Source of the DNA: Octopus sinensis
Lineage: Eukaryota
Length of the DNA stretch: 64,000 nt
Direction of reading: 5' to 3'
Assembly: GCF_006345805.1 (NCBI RefSeq)
Contig: NC_043002.1
Span: 53,692,001 to 53,756,000 of the forward strand
Part shown: positions 50,176 through 61,530 of the stretch, piece after piece
How the letters are laid out: each line of letters begins with the position of its first letter
How positions within the stretch are numbered: position 1 is the first letter of the stretch
Notes under the pieces: model-generated
Seen by the model: the letters and a program-made list of their open reading frames with translations, nothing else
Told to the model about the DNA's origin: nothing
The model's database searches: none
Translations under genes and position numbers: made by a program

Positions 50176-50940
50176 ATCCTTAAATCCTTAAATCCTTAAA
50201 AATGTTTTAGCCCGAAGGCCGCGGCCATGCTGGGGCACCACCGCTGAATGAGCTACACTAATTTGTGAATCCACCTCTGATACGTGGCACTTGATCAGCA
50301 AGGGAGTTCGATGCTGCTGCCCGCATCCGCGTCTCCTGTCGTGAGGTAGGTTCATCTGGGACTCCCAACAAGAAGAGATCCAGTTTAGTTTTAAAGAAAC
50401 CCACATCCACACCATGTAAGTCTCTCAGGCATTTAGGGAGGATGTTAAAGAGCTGTGGTCCTCTGAAACCCAAGCTGTTGCAGTATCTGGACCTGTATTT
50501 TGATGGTGATGTTGGAATCCTTGGCACCATGCAGTGGCGCCCCGTTCTGCGGTTGGAGTAACTTTGAATGCCAACGTTTGGGACAAGACCCTCCAGGATT
50601 TTCCAGATGTATATCACCGCATATCTCTCCCGCCTCCGCTCTAGGGAGAAGAGGTTTAATACCTTCAGTCTTTCCCAGTAGCTGATATTTTGCATTGAGA
50701 CGATTTTCTTTGTGTAGCTTCTCTGAATTGCTTCGAGTTCTGCTGTTAGTTTTATATTGTGTGGTGACCAAAGTTGGGAGCAGTAGTCCAAGCGGCTGAG
50801 GACGAATGTTTTCCATCAGACCATCAGTGTCTCCTTCTCTCTTGTTCTGAAAGTTCGGAGAATCCATCCAGCTAGCCGTCTGCATTTTATCACCAGATTA
50901 GCAATATGCATTTGGAAAGATGCATCATTGCTCATGTCAA
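50176..50940 (-). mobile_element. 5'-truncated CR1-group LINE (ORF2 C-terminus, short 3' UTR, (TAAGGATT)n-like tail)
   Basis: DMSNDASFQMHIANLVIKCRRLAGWILRTFRTRE...LDYCSQLWSP...LNLFSLERRRERY...GPQLFNILP...KLDLFL...GGFTN*. One stop at 50816-50818. Tail ttaaggatttaaggatttaagga. Confidence 0.9.
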
Positions 50941-50950
50941 TATATATAGA

Positions 50951-51210
50951 AAGGCGGCGAGCTGGTAGAATCGTTAGTTAAAGGCGGCGAGCTGGTAGAA
51001 TCGTTAGCACGCCGGGCGAAATGCGTAGCCGTATTTCGTCTACCGCTACGTCCTGGGTTCAAATTCCGCCGAGGTCGACTTAGCCTTTCATCCTCTCGGG
51101 GTCGATAAATTAAGTACCAGTTGCGCATTGGGGTCGATATAATCGACTTAATCCGTTTGTCTGTCCTTGTTTGTCCCCTCTGTGTTTAGCCCCTTGTGGG
51201 TAGTAAAGAA
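50951..51210 (+). mobile_element. Family A SINE with duplicated 5' head
   Basis: aaggcggcgagctggtagaatcgttag occurs twice in tandem, followed by the complete body. Confidence 0.9.
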
Positions 51211-51246
51211 ATATATATATAGAATATATATATATATATATATAGA

Positions 51247-51318
<72 letters not shown>

Positions 51319-51489
51319 GTGTGTGTGTGTAGATATATCGTTGCTATTATGTTAAAATGTCGTATTCCAAACTTGGCCAAATGCGCTTTTTTCAATATTT
51401 ATTTTCGCTTACAATAGCCGGTTCTTGTGATCAAACAATCGCATCACCAGCTGCTTCAGATGCCAAGATATCAAAAATTGTCAAAGTGT

Positions 51490-51555
<66 letters not shown>

Positions 51556-52189
51556 TGTGTGTGTGTGTGTGTGTGCACATAAATACATATATCTATATAT
51601 ACTTATATACATATGTTTGAATGTATGAATGTATGCGCAGTGTTTAGATGTCTATAGATTTATAAACAGAATATTGTTGACTCATTTCATATTGAACTTA
51701 TTGTATAATGTAACTAATAATGACATTTTCGAATGTTGATATAGAATGTAGGAACAAAGTGTTTTAGTGTGATTTTGCTCTAGCACACCAACATTCATGC
51801 AAACAGGGAGAAAATGACTCATACATACATGCATGCGTGTATGCATGTACGTATAAATACATACACACACATACACAGTAGTGCGTGTATCTGTGGCAAA
51901 TAAAAATCCGGTAATCAGTGATTATTATATTGTGCACATTGATATATCACACGTCCGTATACACACTAACATAGAAAAGACCTTTTGCTGCGTTCTCCCT
52001 ATAAAACATGTATTTTCGTCAACTCGGATTCTACATGAACCACGGAGGAATGAAAAGCAGCTTTTACTAGGCAGCATCGAACTCTGCGTAAAACACATAT
52101 TGCCAAGCATTTTTCAACGCTTTAACGATTCACCCAATTAAATTATTTGTTTTAAATTTTGCCAGTTTCAGAGCGAATAGTTAGTAGAT

Positions 52190-52530
52190 AGCATCGATCT
52201 TTATTTTTGGCTGGTAATTATTTTATTCACCCCGAAAGAATAAAAGTCAAAGTTGACCTCGGTGGTATTTGATCTCAGAACATAAAACATACACCGCAAA
52301 GCATTTCTCAATGTTCTAACGAGTCACCCTGGTAAATAATAATAGTTATTTTAAATCTATACACAAGGTTAGCAGTTTTGAGTAGCCTACATCGAGCGGT
52401 ACCACCGTCTGAATTATTTAATTGGTTCTCTGTTTATCAATTGTAGAAGGGTGAAAGTCAAAGTTAAAGTCGAATGGATTTGATAATAGAAAGAGCCGAA
52501 CTTATACCATATTTTTTGTCTGACGCTCTT
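52190..52530 (-). mobile_element. Decayed family A SINE copies
   Basis: ccccgaaagaataaaagtcaaagttgacctcggtggtatttgatctcagaac is the reverse complement of the family A core. Confidence 0.55.
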
Positions 52531-53359
52531 GCGGTTAATACTCACCTCTGATTACTTGTAGCTACAGGGTAAGGACAGAGTCCTCCTGCTACACAATGTA
52601 ATATATACCGGAAGAATACCTCCAGCGTTGTTTCTAATCTTATTGACATTGTTATTTTATAGCTCATTGTCGTGATTTTTCATCAGAAAATTGAAGGTTA
52701 CCCAACTATCGGAAATTATTTTTATTCCTTTAATTATTTATTTTTTCAATTATTTATTTATTTAGAAACCATATTTCGGAGGTACAGAGACTGTTCTTCC
52801 CACGCAATTGACTAAACTCCATCGGTTGTCAACTCGTTATTACTTGATCTTGGTATTTCTTTTGGTGGGTACATAAATAAATGAGAAGTCCTGGCTAACA
52901 AAAGTCAAACAATGTAGCATTTTACAAACTGAAATTTCCATTGAAAACATGATTATAAGAAGGAAAAGTTTTGAGAAGACAGAAAAATGAATGAATAAAG
53001 TGATGCATGGTTAATTCATATAGTTCATACATAGTGGATCAGAAAAGCAAGCACTTCACGAATGGATGTGAAGATCAAACATTAAATTCGATAATAAAGC
53101 ATTATGTACAGCACGAGAGTAATCCCTAAGAACTAATTATGCGAAATATATTATCAAGGAAACCTTAGAGCCATCATTATGTAAAATCTGTGGATTGAGA
53201 TGGGGAATATTTAGTCATATTGTAGAAGTAGTTCAAAAGAAAAGAATGATACAGGAGATTTGCTGTATTCCCTCGACTGTACTAGAAACACAAGCTGAAC
53301 TACTCAAGAAAACGGTATGAACACCCCGTTGAGCCAGTGCTAGAATCAGCTGAAATGAA

Positions 53360-53980
53360 ACACATTTTTCGTGGAAAATGGCGATTTTGACGTCTATATC
53401 TAGCATACAGGCTGTCCACTTTTTGTGGTCAATCATCTAAATTTTGTATGTAAAAAATTTATAATCTTCGGATTTTTTAAATATGCTAGGCCACTGGTTT
53501 TAAATGATTAACATCAATTTCTACCCTTAATTCATTTTAAATTTAAAAAATGTTCTCTAGCCGGTAAACTGACTGCTGTAGTTTATTAACTGCAGAGTAA
53601 TTTCCTATCCCAGCGCGCCAAGTTGAAGGCATTTGAAAGATACACATAAATATAATTTGTGGAACTTTATACATGCTGGATTTCGGTTGAGCGCCCTGTA
53701 TCTAGTTCTGGAAATTATGTTTCGTAAACGACAGACTATGCTGATGATCTTGCTGATGTTTACGTACCCATATACGTAAATATTTACAAGCGAAACTAAT
53801 TAGTACATAGGTAATCGTTTTTTATTTCGTATATTTTCATTTGTCTTGTTATTTTCACACCTTGGGTTTTTGCTGAATTTTTTCTTGAGAACACATTCTT
53901 CGTGAAAAATGGCGATTTTGACGTCTATATCTAGCATACAGGCTGTACACTTATAGTGGTCAATCCTCTAAATTTTACAT
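53360..53980. repeat. ~90-bp direct repeats (53360-53452, 53891-53980) enclosing a hammerhead motif
   Basis: aaaatggcgattttgacgtctatatctagcatacaggctgt.cactt...gtggtcaatc.tctaaatttt occurs twice. Confidence 0.85.
53736..53810 (+). ncRNA. Minimal type-I hammerhead ribozyme motif with extended stem II
   Basis: ctatg CTGATGA TCTTG...CAAGC GAAA CTAATTAG TA catag. Stem I 5 bp, palindromic ACTAATTAGT, internal hairpin tttacgta/tacgtaaa. Position 10.1 is U, not G. Confidence 0.75.
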
Positions 53981-54037
53981 ACATACACATACATACATAC
54001 ATAATACATACATACATACATACATACATATTATATA

Positions 54038-54086
<49 letters not shown>

Positions 54087-54232
54087 GTGAAATAGAAAGA
54101 TGAATAATCTTGTAGTAAATTAATCAAAAGTTTAACCGATACATTGGTAGCAAAAATCACAGCAGTAAACAGCACGGTTGGAGGTACAACCATATGGTGT
54201 TGCAACCGTGCGTTGGTGCGGATAATTGAAAT

Positions 54233-54617
54233 TAAAATATTATTGGTGAATTGAAGAAATAATTCCTTAAATAGTCAGAACTTTATTCTCGGTCACAAAG
54301 AACATCTACACACCCTCACCCACATGATTGACCGATGCCTGACCCGTTAAATTCTTCAGCCACCGGTTCTCAACATACACTGATAAACAGTTTCGCCATG
54401 GGCTCTTAGGAGCCTAGTTCGATTTGTTTTGCTCCGCCTCTGTTCTGTTTTTGTTTTTTCCAACGGATTTCCTATTTCTTCCTGAAGAGAAAGACACAAT
54501 ATGGTCCCATTATTCAATCGGATTTTGGTAAATTGTGCCTTTCGAAACACGTGTAGAATGAAATAAAACGATTTCTGTTCAATCTGCGTTCAGCTCCATT
54601 TCTTCAATTCACCAATA

Positions 54618-54625
<8 letters not shown>
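54233..54625 (+). mobile_element. Penelope-type terminal segment bounded by a perfect 28-bp inverted repeat
   Basis: taaaatattattggtgaattgaagaaat (54233-54260) and its exact reverse complement (54598-54625). Contains a hammerhead and AATAAA. Confidence 0.65.
54475..54562 (+). ncRNA. Consensus-perfect minimal type-I hammerhead ribozyme motif
   Basis: ttc CTGAAGA GAAAGACACAAT...ATTGTGCCTTTC GAAA CACGTG TA gaa. All core positions canonical, stem II 12 bp with one mismatch, palindromic ACACGTGT. Confidence 0.8.
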
Positions 54626-54668
<43 letters not shown>

Positions 54669-54710
54669 ATACAATAGACACACATATATATATATACATA
54701 TATATATATG

Positions 54711-54759
<49 letters not shown>

Positions 54760-54760
54760 T

Positions 54761-54793
<33 letters not shown>

Positions 54794-54814
54794 GTCTATA
54801 TATGCATATATATA

Positions 54815-54906
<92 letters not shown>

Positions 54907-55725
54907 ATAACAGAATCTATATTAATCTGCAGGATTAAGACTGACTTTGTACTAACTAGAAATATCTCGGTTAAAAGACAGGCTTGATGCTATGGATGTA
55001 CAAAGTTAAACCACATCCTGAGCAGCAAAGGATCTGGTAGGTGAGATTAAGATATCTGAAATAGTAGAAACACAAGCATATATGGCACTAGATGTATCTA
55101 AGAACTATATAAAGTAAAATAACATAACAATGAATGAAAGTATTAAAGATTCTATAACACGACTTGCCAGCAAAGAAGCGTAGTGCAAGCGTACTGGGAC
55201 AATAACCTAGAGGTCTGTTAAATGTATTTTTTAAGAGTATGCGCTTTTAGAATTGTTACCACTCCGAGCAAAATGCTTAGCGACATTTCTTCTGGTGCAT
55301 TATGTTCTGCGGACACTTCATCCTTTCCGAGTCGATCACTGACATCGATATAATCGGATTTCCCCATCCCTGAAAATTACTTAGTTTTGCGCCAAAATCA
55401 GAAATTAATTATATAATGTGGATTTATTTTACTTATTTAAAACGGTATGATGTGATTTTTAATGAAGATTTCGATTCTATTTCTAGCAGGTTGAACGCTC
55501 ACATAGAGGCTCTTTGGATCGTTTTCTGAGGGAAGTGAACTGATATTTATCCAGCGGATATGGCCATATTGAAGACTAAAATAATAGACTCCATCAAATT
55601 CAGCAGATAAACCTGACTTCGTTCCTCGCTTAGTCTTAGGAAAGCCCTGATCAAACAGACATACAATTTTTTTTTTAATCTCAGGGTACGTATTACATAA
55701 TGTGTACTTCCTAAAAAGAATAAAA

Positions 55726-55883
55726 GTAGTAGTAGTAGCAGTAGTAGTAGTAGTTGGGGTGAGGGTGGGGGTTTTGGTGGTTGTATTGTTAGTTGCTGTA
55801 GTAGTGTAGCAATAGCAACCCACTAATGCTAGTAATAGTAATAATAATAATAATGATAACAGCAACAATACTACTACTACTAT

Positions 55884-55930
<47 letters not shown>

Positions 55931-55943
55931 GTACCACTACAAC

Positions 55944-55990
<47 letters not shown>
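55726..55990. repeat. Compound (TAG)n/(TAC)n/(AAT)n microsatellite
   Basis: Direct reading. Confidence 0.9.
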
Positions 55991-56233
55991 TAACGAGATA
56001 AAATGTCCCTCTTCAAAGAGCCATTAGATGGTTTCAGCAATTGTTATGAATAATCAATGAAGTCTTGTTGCTCGTTAAACATGAGCTGCGTTTAAATTAA
56101 CCCAATTAAATATGAATCAGAATTGATAAAAGCGAAAGAATATGGAGCATAATGAATTACTATCGTGAATTCGTTCGCTCGTTCCCTATCACGTTATCCC
56201 ACATTGGCACAACCTCTCTCTCTTTCTCTCTCT

Positions 56234-56270
<37 letters not shown>

Positions 56271-56821
56271 GTTTATTGCTATCGCTCTTGACACGGGATG
56301 TATGCATGCATTCTTACGTATATGATTTTATATAACAAAGTATAACTCAGCTGAAAAATAATAATATCCAGTGCGTGTCGAGGGTAATTAATAAATAAGC
56401 AGGAATAGTGTTACGAATATTTTAGGAACATTTCCAAGCAATAAAATTCAAAGGTCCATCATGTTATATTCATAATGTGAGTTATAGCATTTATTACATA
56501 ATTTTATGAACAAGGTATTATCCATTTGTAAAACAAAACATTATACAGTGCATGTCGTGGGCTATTAATAAGTAAAAAGGAATAGTGTGACAAATAGCTT
56601 AACAGCACTTCCACGAAATAAAATTCAAAGGTCTGTGTTACGTTCATAATATTCCATACTATTTATTTATCATCAAATAAGTTATGGCATAAAATGTAAG
56701 TTAACAGTCAAAAGTACAATAACAGAAGCAAACAAGTATTAAAAAATGGCATTATACATCCATGTAATTTTTTTATGAATGTGTTTAATAGAATACACAT
56801 CATTAACTAATTTTGTTGCCG

Positions 56822-56925
56822 ATCAAACACAAATGGCCGAAATGGAGCTTCTCCAACGGATCTCTGGATTAATGTTACTTGATAGGATGCGTAGCACGAA
56901 GATCATGGAGTCTTTCCAGGTGGTT
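56822..56925 (+). pseudogene. RTE-clade LINE fragment
   Basis: QTQMAEMELLQRISGLMLLDRMRSTKIMESFQV resembles the RTE motif AEMRFLRRIxGxTLxDRVRS. Confidence 0.55.
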
Positions 56926-57409
56926 GGGTAATGTCCAAAGTCTCAACGGTTCACGCTTGGGGATCCATCCAGAAAGTCTAACGTCAATTCCTTCTGATAG
57001 GATCTTATAGCGGAGTTACATGAAGATTTTCCCCTCAGACAATCCCAGTAATAGCAAGCGAAATCGATAGGCGGATGGATAGATAAATCGATACATCAAA
57101 TAATGTAGACAACACATTTTTGTTTTGTTTCTATAAAAGTTATATGTTACTTAATAGAAGTATAAAGCCGTGATCCAAAAACGTGAATGTGCATCAGTTC
57201 ACAAATAAAAGAAAATGAACACGTGAGACCGAGGAATCTTACGGCGTCTCTAATTATCAACTAGATAATTCTGGTTTGAGTACTAAGGGTAATGACAAGT
57301 ATTTGAGAATGACAAGTACATGAAAATAAATGAATATAAAAGAAAATAGCGACAAATTAGTATGACAGATATTTAATCTTTCGTAAAAAATAATTTAGAA
57401 TATATTATA

Positions 57410-57465
<56 letters not shown>

Positions 57466-57470
<5 letters not shown>

Positions 57471-57795
57471 CCCCCTTCGGTCATGAATGACCATGGGATT
57501 GCACCTATAAAGTTACCCTCCTAGACACAAGTCCGGGCAAGGTTATTTATGGAAGACCAGCAGTCGCCCATGCATACCAGCCTCCCCTCTCCACACCACC
57601 AGTGTTATCCAAGGGAAAGACAAAGGTCGATACAGCTTGGCACCAGTGACGTCGTAACTCATTTCTACAGCTGAGTGAACTGGAGCAACGTGAAATAAAA
57701 TGTCTTGCTCAAGAACACAACACTTAGCCCGATCCGGGATTTGAACTCACAACCTCACGATCGTAAGCTCGACGCTCTAACCACTGAGCCATGCT
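57466..57795 (-). mobile_element. Full-length family C tRNA-derived SINE
   Basis: Head gcatggctcagtggttagagcg...gagttcaaatcc (A and B boxes), gtgttcttgagcaagaca body, tail ...cccatggtcattcatgaccgaagggggtcttt. Confidence 0.85.
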
Positions 57796-58382
57796 TGTTG
57801 ATATATATTTGCAGGAATCTTGACGTGAAATCGTGGGTTGAAACAGATATTGTCATTTTGTTTTTGTTGTGTCGATACACAACCGCACTGTTGTACGAGT
57901 GTTTATTTGCAAAAAAGAAAAAAGAAAGAAAAGGAAATGACCATCCGCAAATATAACGATTTATTATATAGTTAGCTTCAAGACTAAAATGAAAATAACA
58001 GGAGGCAAAGAGACAATGACAGTAACAGAGTTAAGTCTTCTAACTAATGTTACAAGACTTACAAACAGTGAACAGCAGTTCATCAGTCAGGTAATGCTGA
58101 CAGGAGGATAAATGAAGAGTGGAAATTCACAGAGGGTGTCTCTTGAAAGGGAAGAAAGAGAGACGCAGCGATTTTTATCAAATTTAATTTCTAAAAGCAA
58201 GAAACAAGGTTGATTAGGTACTCTCTGGGGAAATACAAATCAGAAGCAGGCAAACCAACGAAGAAAGAAAAGTGTAAGCGACAAAAACGCAGAGCGAGAG
58301 AGGGGAGAGAGAGAGAGAGAGAGAGAGAGAAGCATAAGAGTAGGAAAGAGTGAATAATTCTTTATGAGTTTAACAAAGGAAG

Positions 58383-58530
58383 TTGGCGAGCTAGCAGAAT
58401 CGTTGGCACGTCTGGCAAAATGCTTAGCAGCAATTCACTTCACTTTACGTTCTGAGTTCAAATTCTGGTTCGATAAAATAAGTTCCAGTTGAGCACTAGG
58501 GTCGATGTAATCGACTTCACCCCACAACCC
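58383..58530 (+). mobile_element. Family A SINE
   Basis: ttggcgagctagcagaatcgttggcacg...gagttcaaattc...ggggtcgatgtaatcgact-like sequence. Confidence 0.75.
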
Positions 58531-58544
58531 GAAATTGATAGAAT

Positions 58545-58615
<71 letters not shown>

Positions 58616-58769
58616 ATATATATATATATATGTATGTATGTATGTATGTGTAACAACAAAATTGTCACGCTTACAAAATCTTGAAACTTTTTAAAGTCAA
58701 TAATTCCTATCGATTTGCAATTTTCCATCTTTTCCCGATAAGACGACTGGCCATACTGACACCAGTTTT

Positions 58770-60200
58770 TGAAAGAATCAGTGATATACCCATTGAGATA
58801 TTTAGTTAGAAACAGAACAAACCGAAATCCTTTTGCGCCAACCTCATCATGTCTTTCCAACTGGGAAATTCAGTAGTGGTACCAACATTAATTTCCTAGT
58901 TTCCATCTTCAAAGTTCATTCAAGAACCATCAACAGAATTGTGAAAACGTCTGAGAAAGAGAGGATGATGGAGAGAAAAATTGGATCAGGAGGTGATAAC
59001 CACAAGAAGGGTTACCATTTCAATCTCGAGCTGAAGAGATCAATCAGAAGCAATCCAGCTCCATCAATAAGTCGCTTGGCATGTTAAAGAGGGGTTTCAG
59101 CTATGTCAGTTCAAAGCGTGGTGGCAGAAAACCTGAAAATGAAATTGTACATGAGACCTGTGTGACATCTTGTCACTCAGGACAAAAGGTTAGAGCGTTG
59201 GAGAGGACAAAGATCAACTTGGACATGGTGAAACACATCCTAGAGTGATCTTTTACACAGATGAGAAGAATTTCTCCCAAAATATGCACATAAACAGGCG
59301 TAACTGCAGCGTTCTAGTTTCAGCTCTCCAGGAGAGAGCCAAAAATGACATTTTTAGATGCAGAAACCCTGCCAACATGATAATTTTTGCCTGCATGGCC
59401 TTGGATGGCAAGATGTCAGTGATCACGTTTGACAAGATAAAAGACTGAGCGGAGTTTGTTATGTTCAGGTTTTGAAAGATATAAAACCTGGATTCTTTCT
59501 GAATATCCAGAGACAAGAAACGAGGGAAAACCCAGGAAGATCGCTCAAGACTTCAGCGAGGTCGGACTCCTTGTCACACAAGTGTAATGACTCAAAAAAA
59601 ACTCAAGGATGAGTTTGCGAAGTGGTTTGGGGATAAGGGCATTTGGTCCCCTTCATCACCTGATTTGAACCCTTTAGACGTCGGCAACTGGAGTGAACTA
59701 GTCAGAAAAAGCTTGTGAGAAGCCTCAGAGTAACCTGCAAAATCTCAAAAACTCCATGCGTAGGATGTGAGAGGAAGACACTGATGAAGAATTCATTAAG
59801 AAAGCTTGTGGTGCAATCAGGAAGAGGATTGAAGAATTCATTGCCAAAAGAGGAGCAACTCTTGATGTTTAACAGGCAGGATTTCAGCCAAGACTCTCTC
59901 TGAGACTTTAAAATAAAATCTTAAGCTTCCATTCGAACTTTATTCCAATCATTTATGAGCTCCCAGTCCTGAACTATGGTTAATTATTTATGAAACTATC
60001 ATTTTCGCCAATGATCAATTTCATCATGTTTCTTCTGGTGAGCTTGGAGAGTAATCATGTTGTTTTGCTCAAAGTTAGAGTCTATTAGGGTTAGAAAAAC
60101 CTCTGGCAATTACATTAAGTTACGTTTAAACATTTCTGAGATTCAAAAGTTCGAGGATAAAACTAAAATCTGGAGACTCTGCTGATTCACCTGGTACATA
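58770..60200 (+). mobile_element. Decayed maT/DD37D-type Tc1/mariner transposon
   Basis: VIFYTDEKNF...NRRN, NPANMIIFACMALDG, TPCHTS, WSPSSPDLNPLD. The third catalytic residue is D. Right TIR candidate ends ...ctgattcacctggta. Confidence 0.75.
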
Positions 60201-60630
60201 CACCACAAACAAACAGATATTTAAACGAGATACGTAGCTTTTTATGTGTGTTGTGTTTCTATTTGCATCTCAGCTGCCTTTCATTGATCTGTTACTGAAC
60301 AAAATACTTTAATAAACAAAACTTAAAAACAAGAACACCGTAAATTGGAAATTAATTAATGGTTTCTAATCAATATATTTAATTAAGTCATATACACAAT
60401 CTTCAAATTAGTCATCATATTCGAGTCACCGAGCATGCCTCTACATAGTCACACTAGGAACTATAAATAACAACCAAATCTCAAACGGTAGGCGATTGAT
60501 AATTTATTTTTGCAGTATTTAGTCTATGGTAATTAAATTTATTTATACATATACACGCTGATATATGTGCATACACACTCACTCAGGTACACACAAACAG
60601 ACGTACGCACACAAATACACACACGCACAC

Positions 60631-60705
<75 letters not shown>

Positions 60706-60710
60706 CAGAC

Positions 60711-60787
<77 letters not shown>
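60631..60787. repeat. Long (GATA)n microsatellite (unoccupied potential Tx1 target)
   Basis: Direct reading. Confidence 0.95.
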
Positions 60788-60872
60788 TGAATGATAATTG
60801 ATTTATCGTGTCAGATGATAGCCGGTCGAATCATTTTAATTTCTCATCGGCCAGTCAATAGTCGTTGCCAGT

Positions 60873-61080
60873 TGAAGGCGATGAACTGGAAGAATCGTAA
60901 GCACGTCGGCCAAAATGCTTACCGGTCTTTCGATGCCTTTACGTTCTGATTTCGAATTCCGCCGAGGTCAAACTTAAAATTTCAACCCTTGGAGGGTCGA
61001 TAAAACAAGTACCAGTTAAGAACGGGGGTTGATGTAATCGACATCACCCTCTCCCCGAAGTTGCTGGCCTTGTACCACCA
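60873..61080 (+). mobile_element. Family A SINE
   Basis: gaaggcgatgaactggaagaatcgtaagcacg...tttcgaattccgccgaggtc...ggggttgatgtaatcgac. Confidence 0.75.
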
Positions 61081-61219
61081 TTTAAAACTGATATATGTTG
61101 CAATTTGAGTATGCTTATCTTACAACTCTGTCAACAACAAGAAAATCCATATGCCACACGTATCAACCAAACATTATCTCACCCCACCTCCTAATCATGA
61201 ATACTAAGTATTTAGTTCC

Positions 61220-61530
61220 ATCCCTCACAATTGCTCCAATTTTTAGGTGCCTCTATCTCTGAGGATCTCTACTGGCTAAACCACATCATTAACAATGCTA
61301 AAACCGCATCTGAATAACTGGACATTCTTTTCAAAGCCAGAAGTTACTACACATTCCAGTAATACAAAGCTCAGTTCAGAATCAAGATGGCGTACTTGAA
61401 CCACATCCATAAAAGGGCCGCCCTATTGATTAGCTTACAGTGTTCCTACCACCATGTTCCAGCTCTTGACCTACTGGCATGATTTCTCCTGTCTGCGACA
61501 TTTGTTTCGCAGTATTACAATGGCATAATA
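61220..61530 (+). pseudogene. Decayed CR1-group LINE post-RT fragment
   Basis: FLGASISEDLYWLNHIINNAKTASE*LDILFKARSYY...YKAQFR...IHKRAALLI. Confidence 0.6.

Noticed and set aside
59778-59810. CTGATGAAGAATTCATTAAGAAAGCTTG
   Set aside because: Lies in transposase coding sequence; stems I and II do not form.
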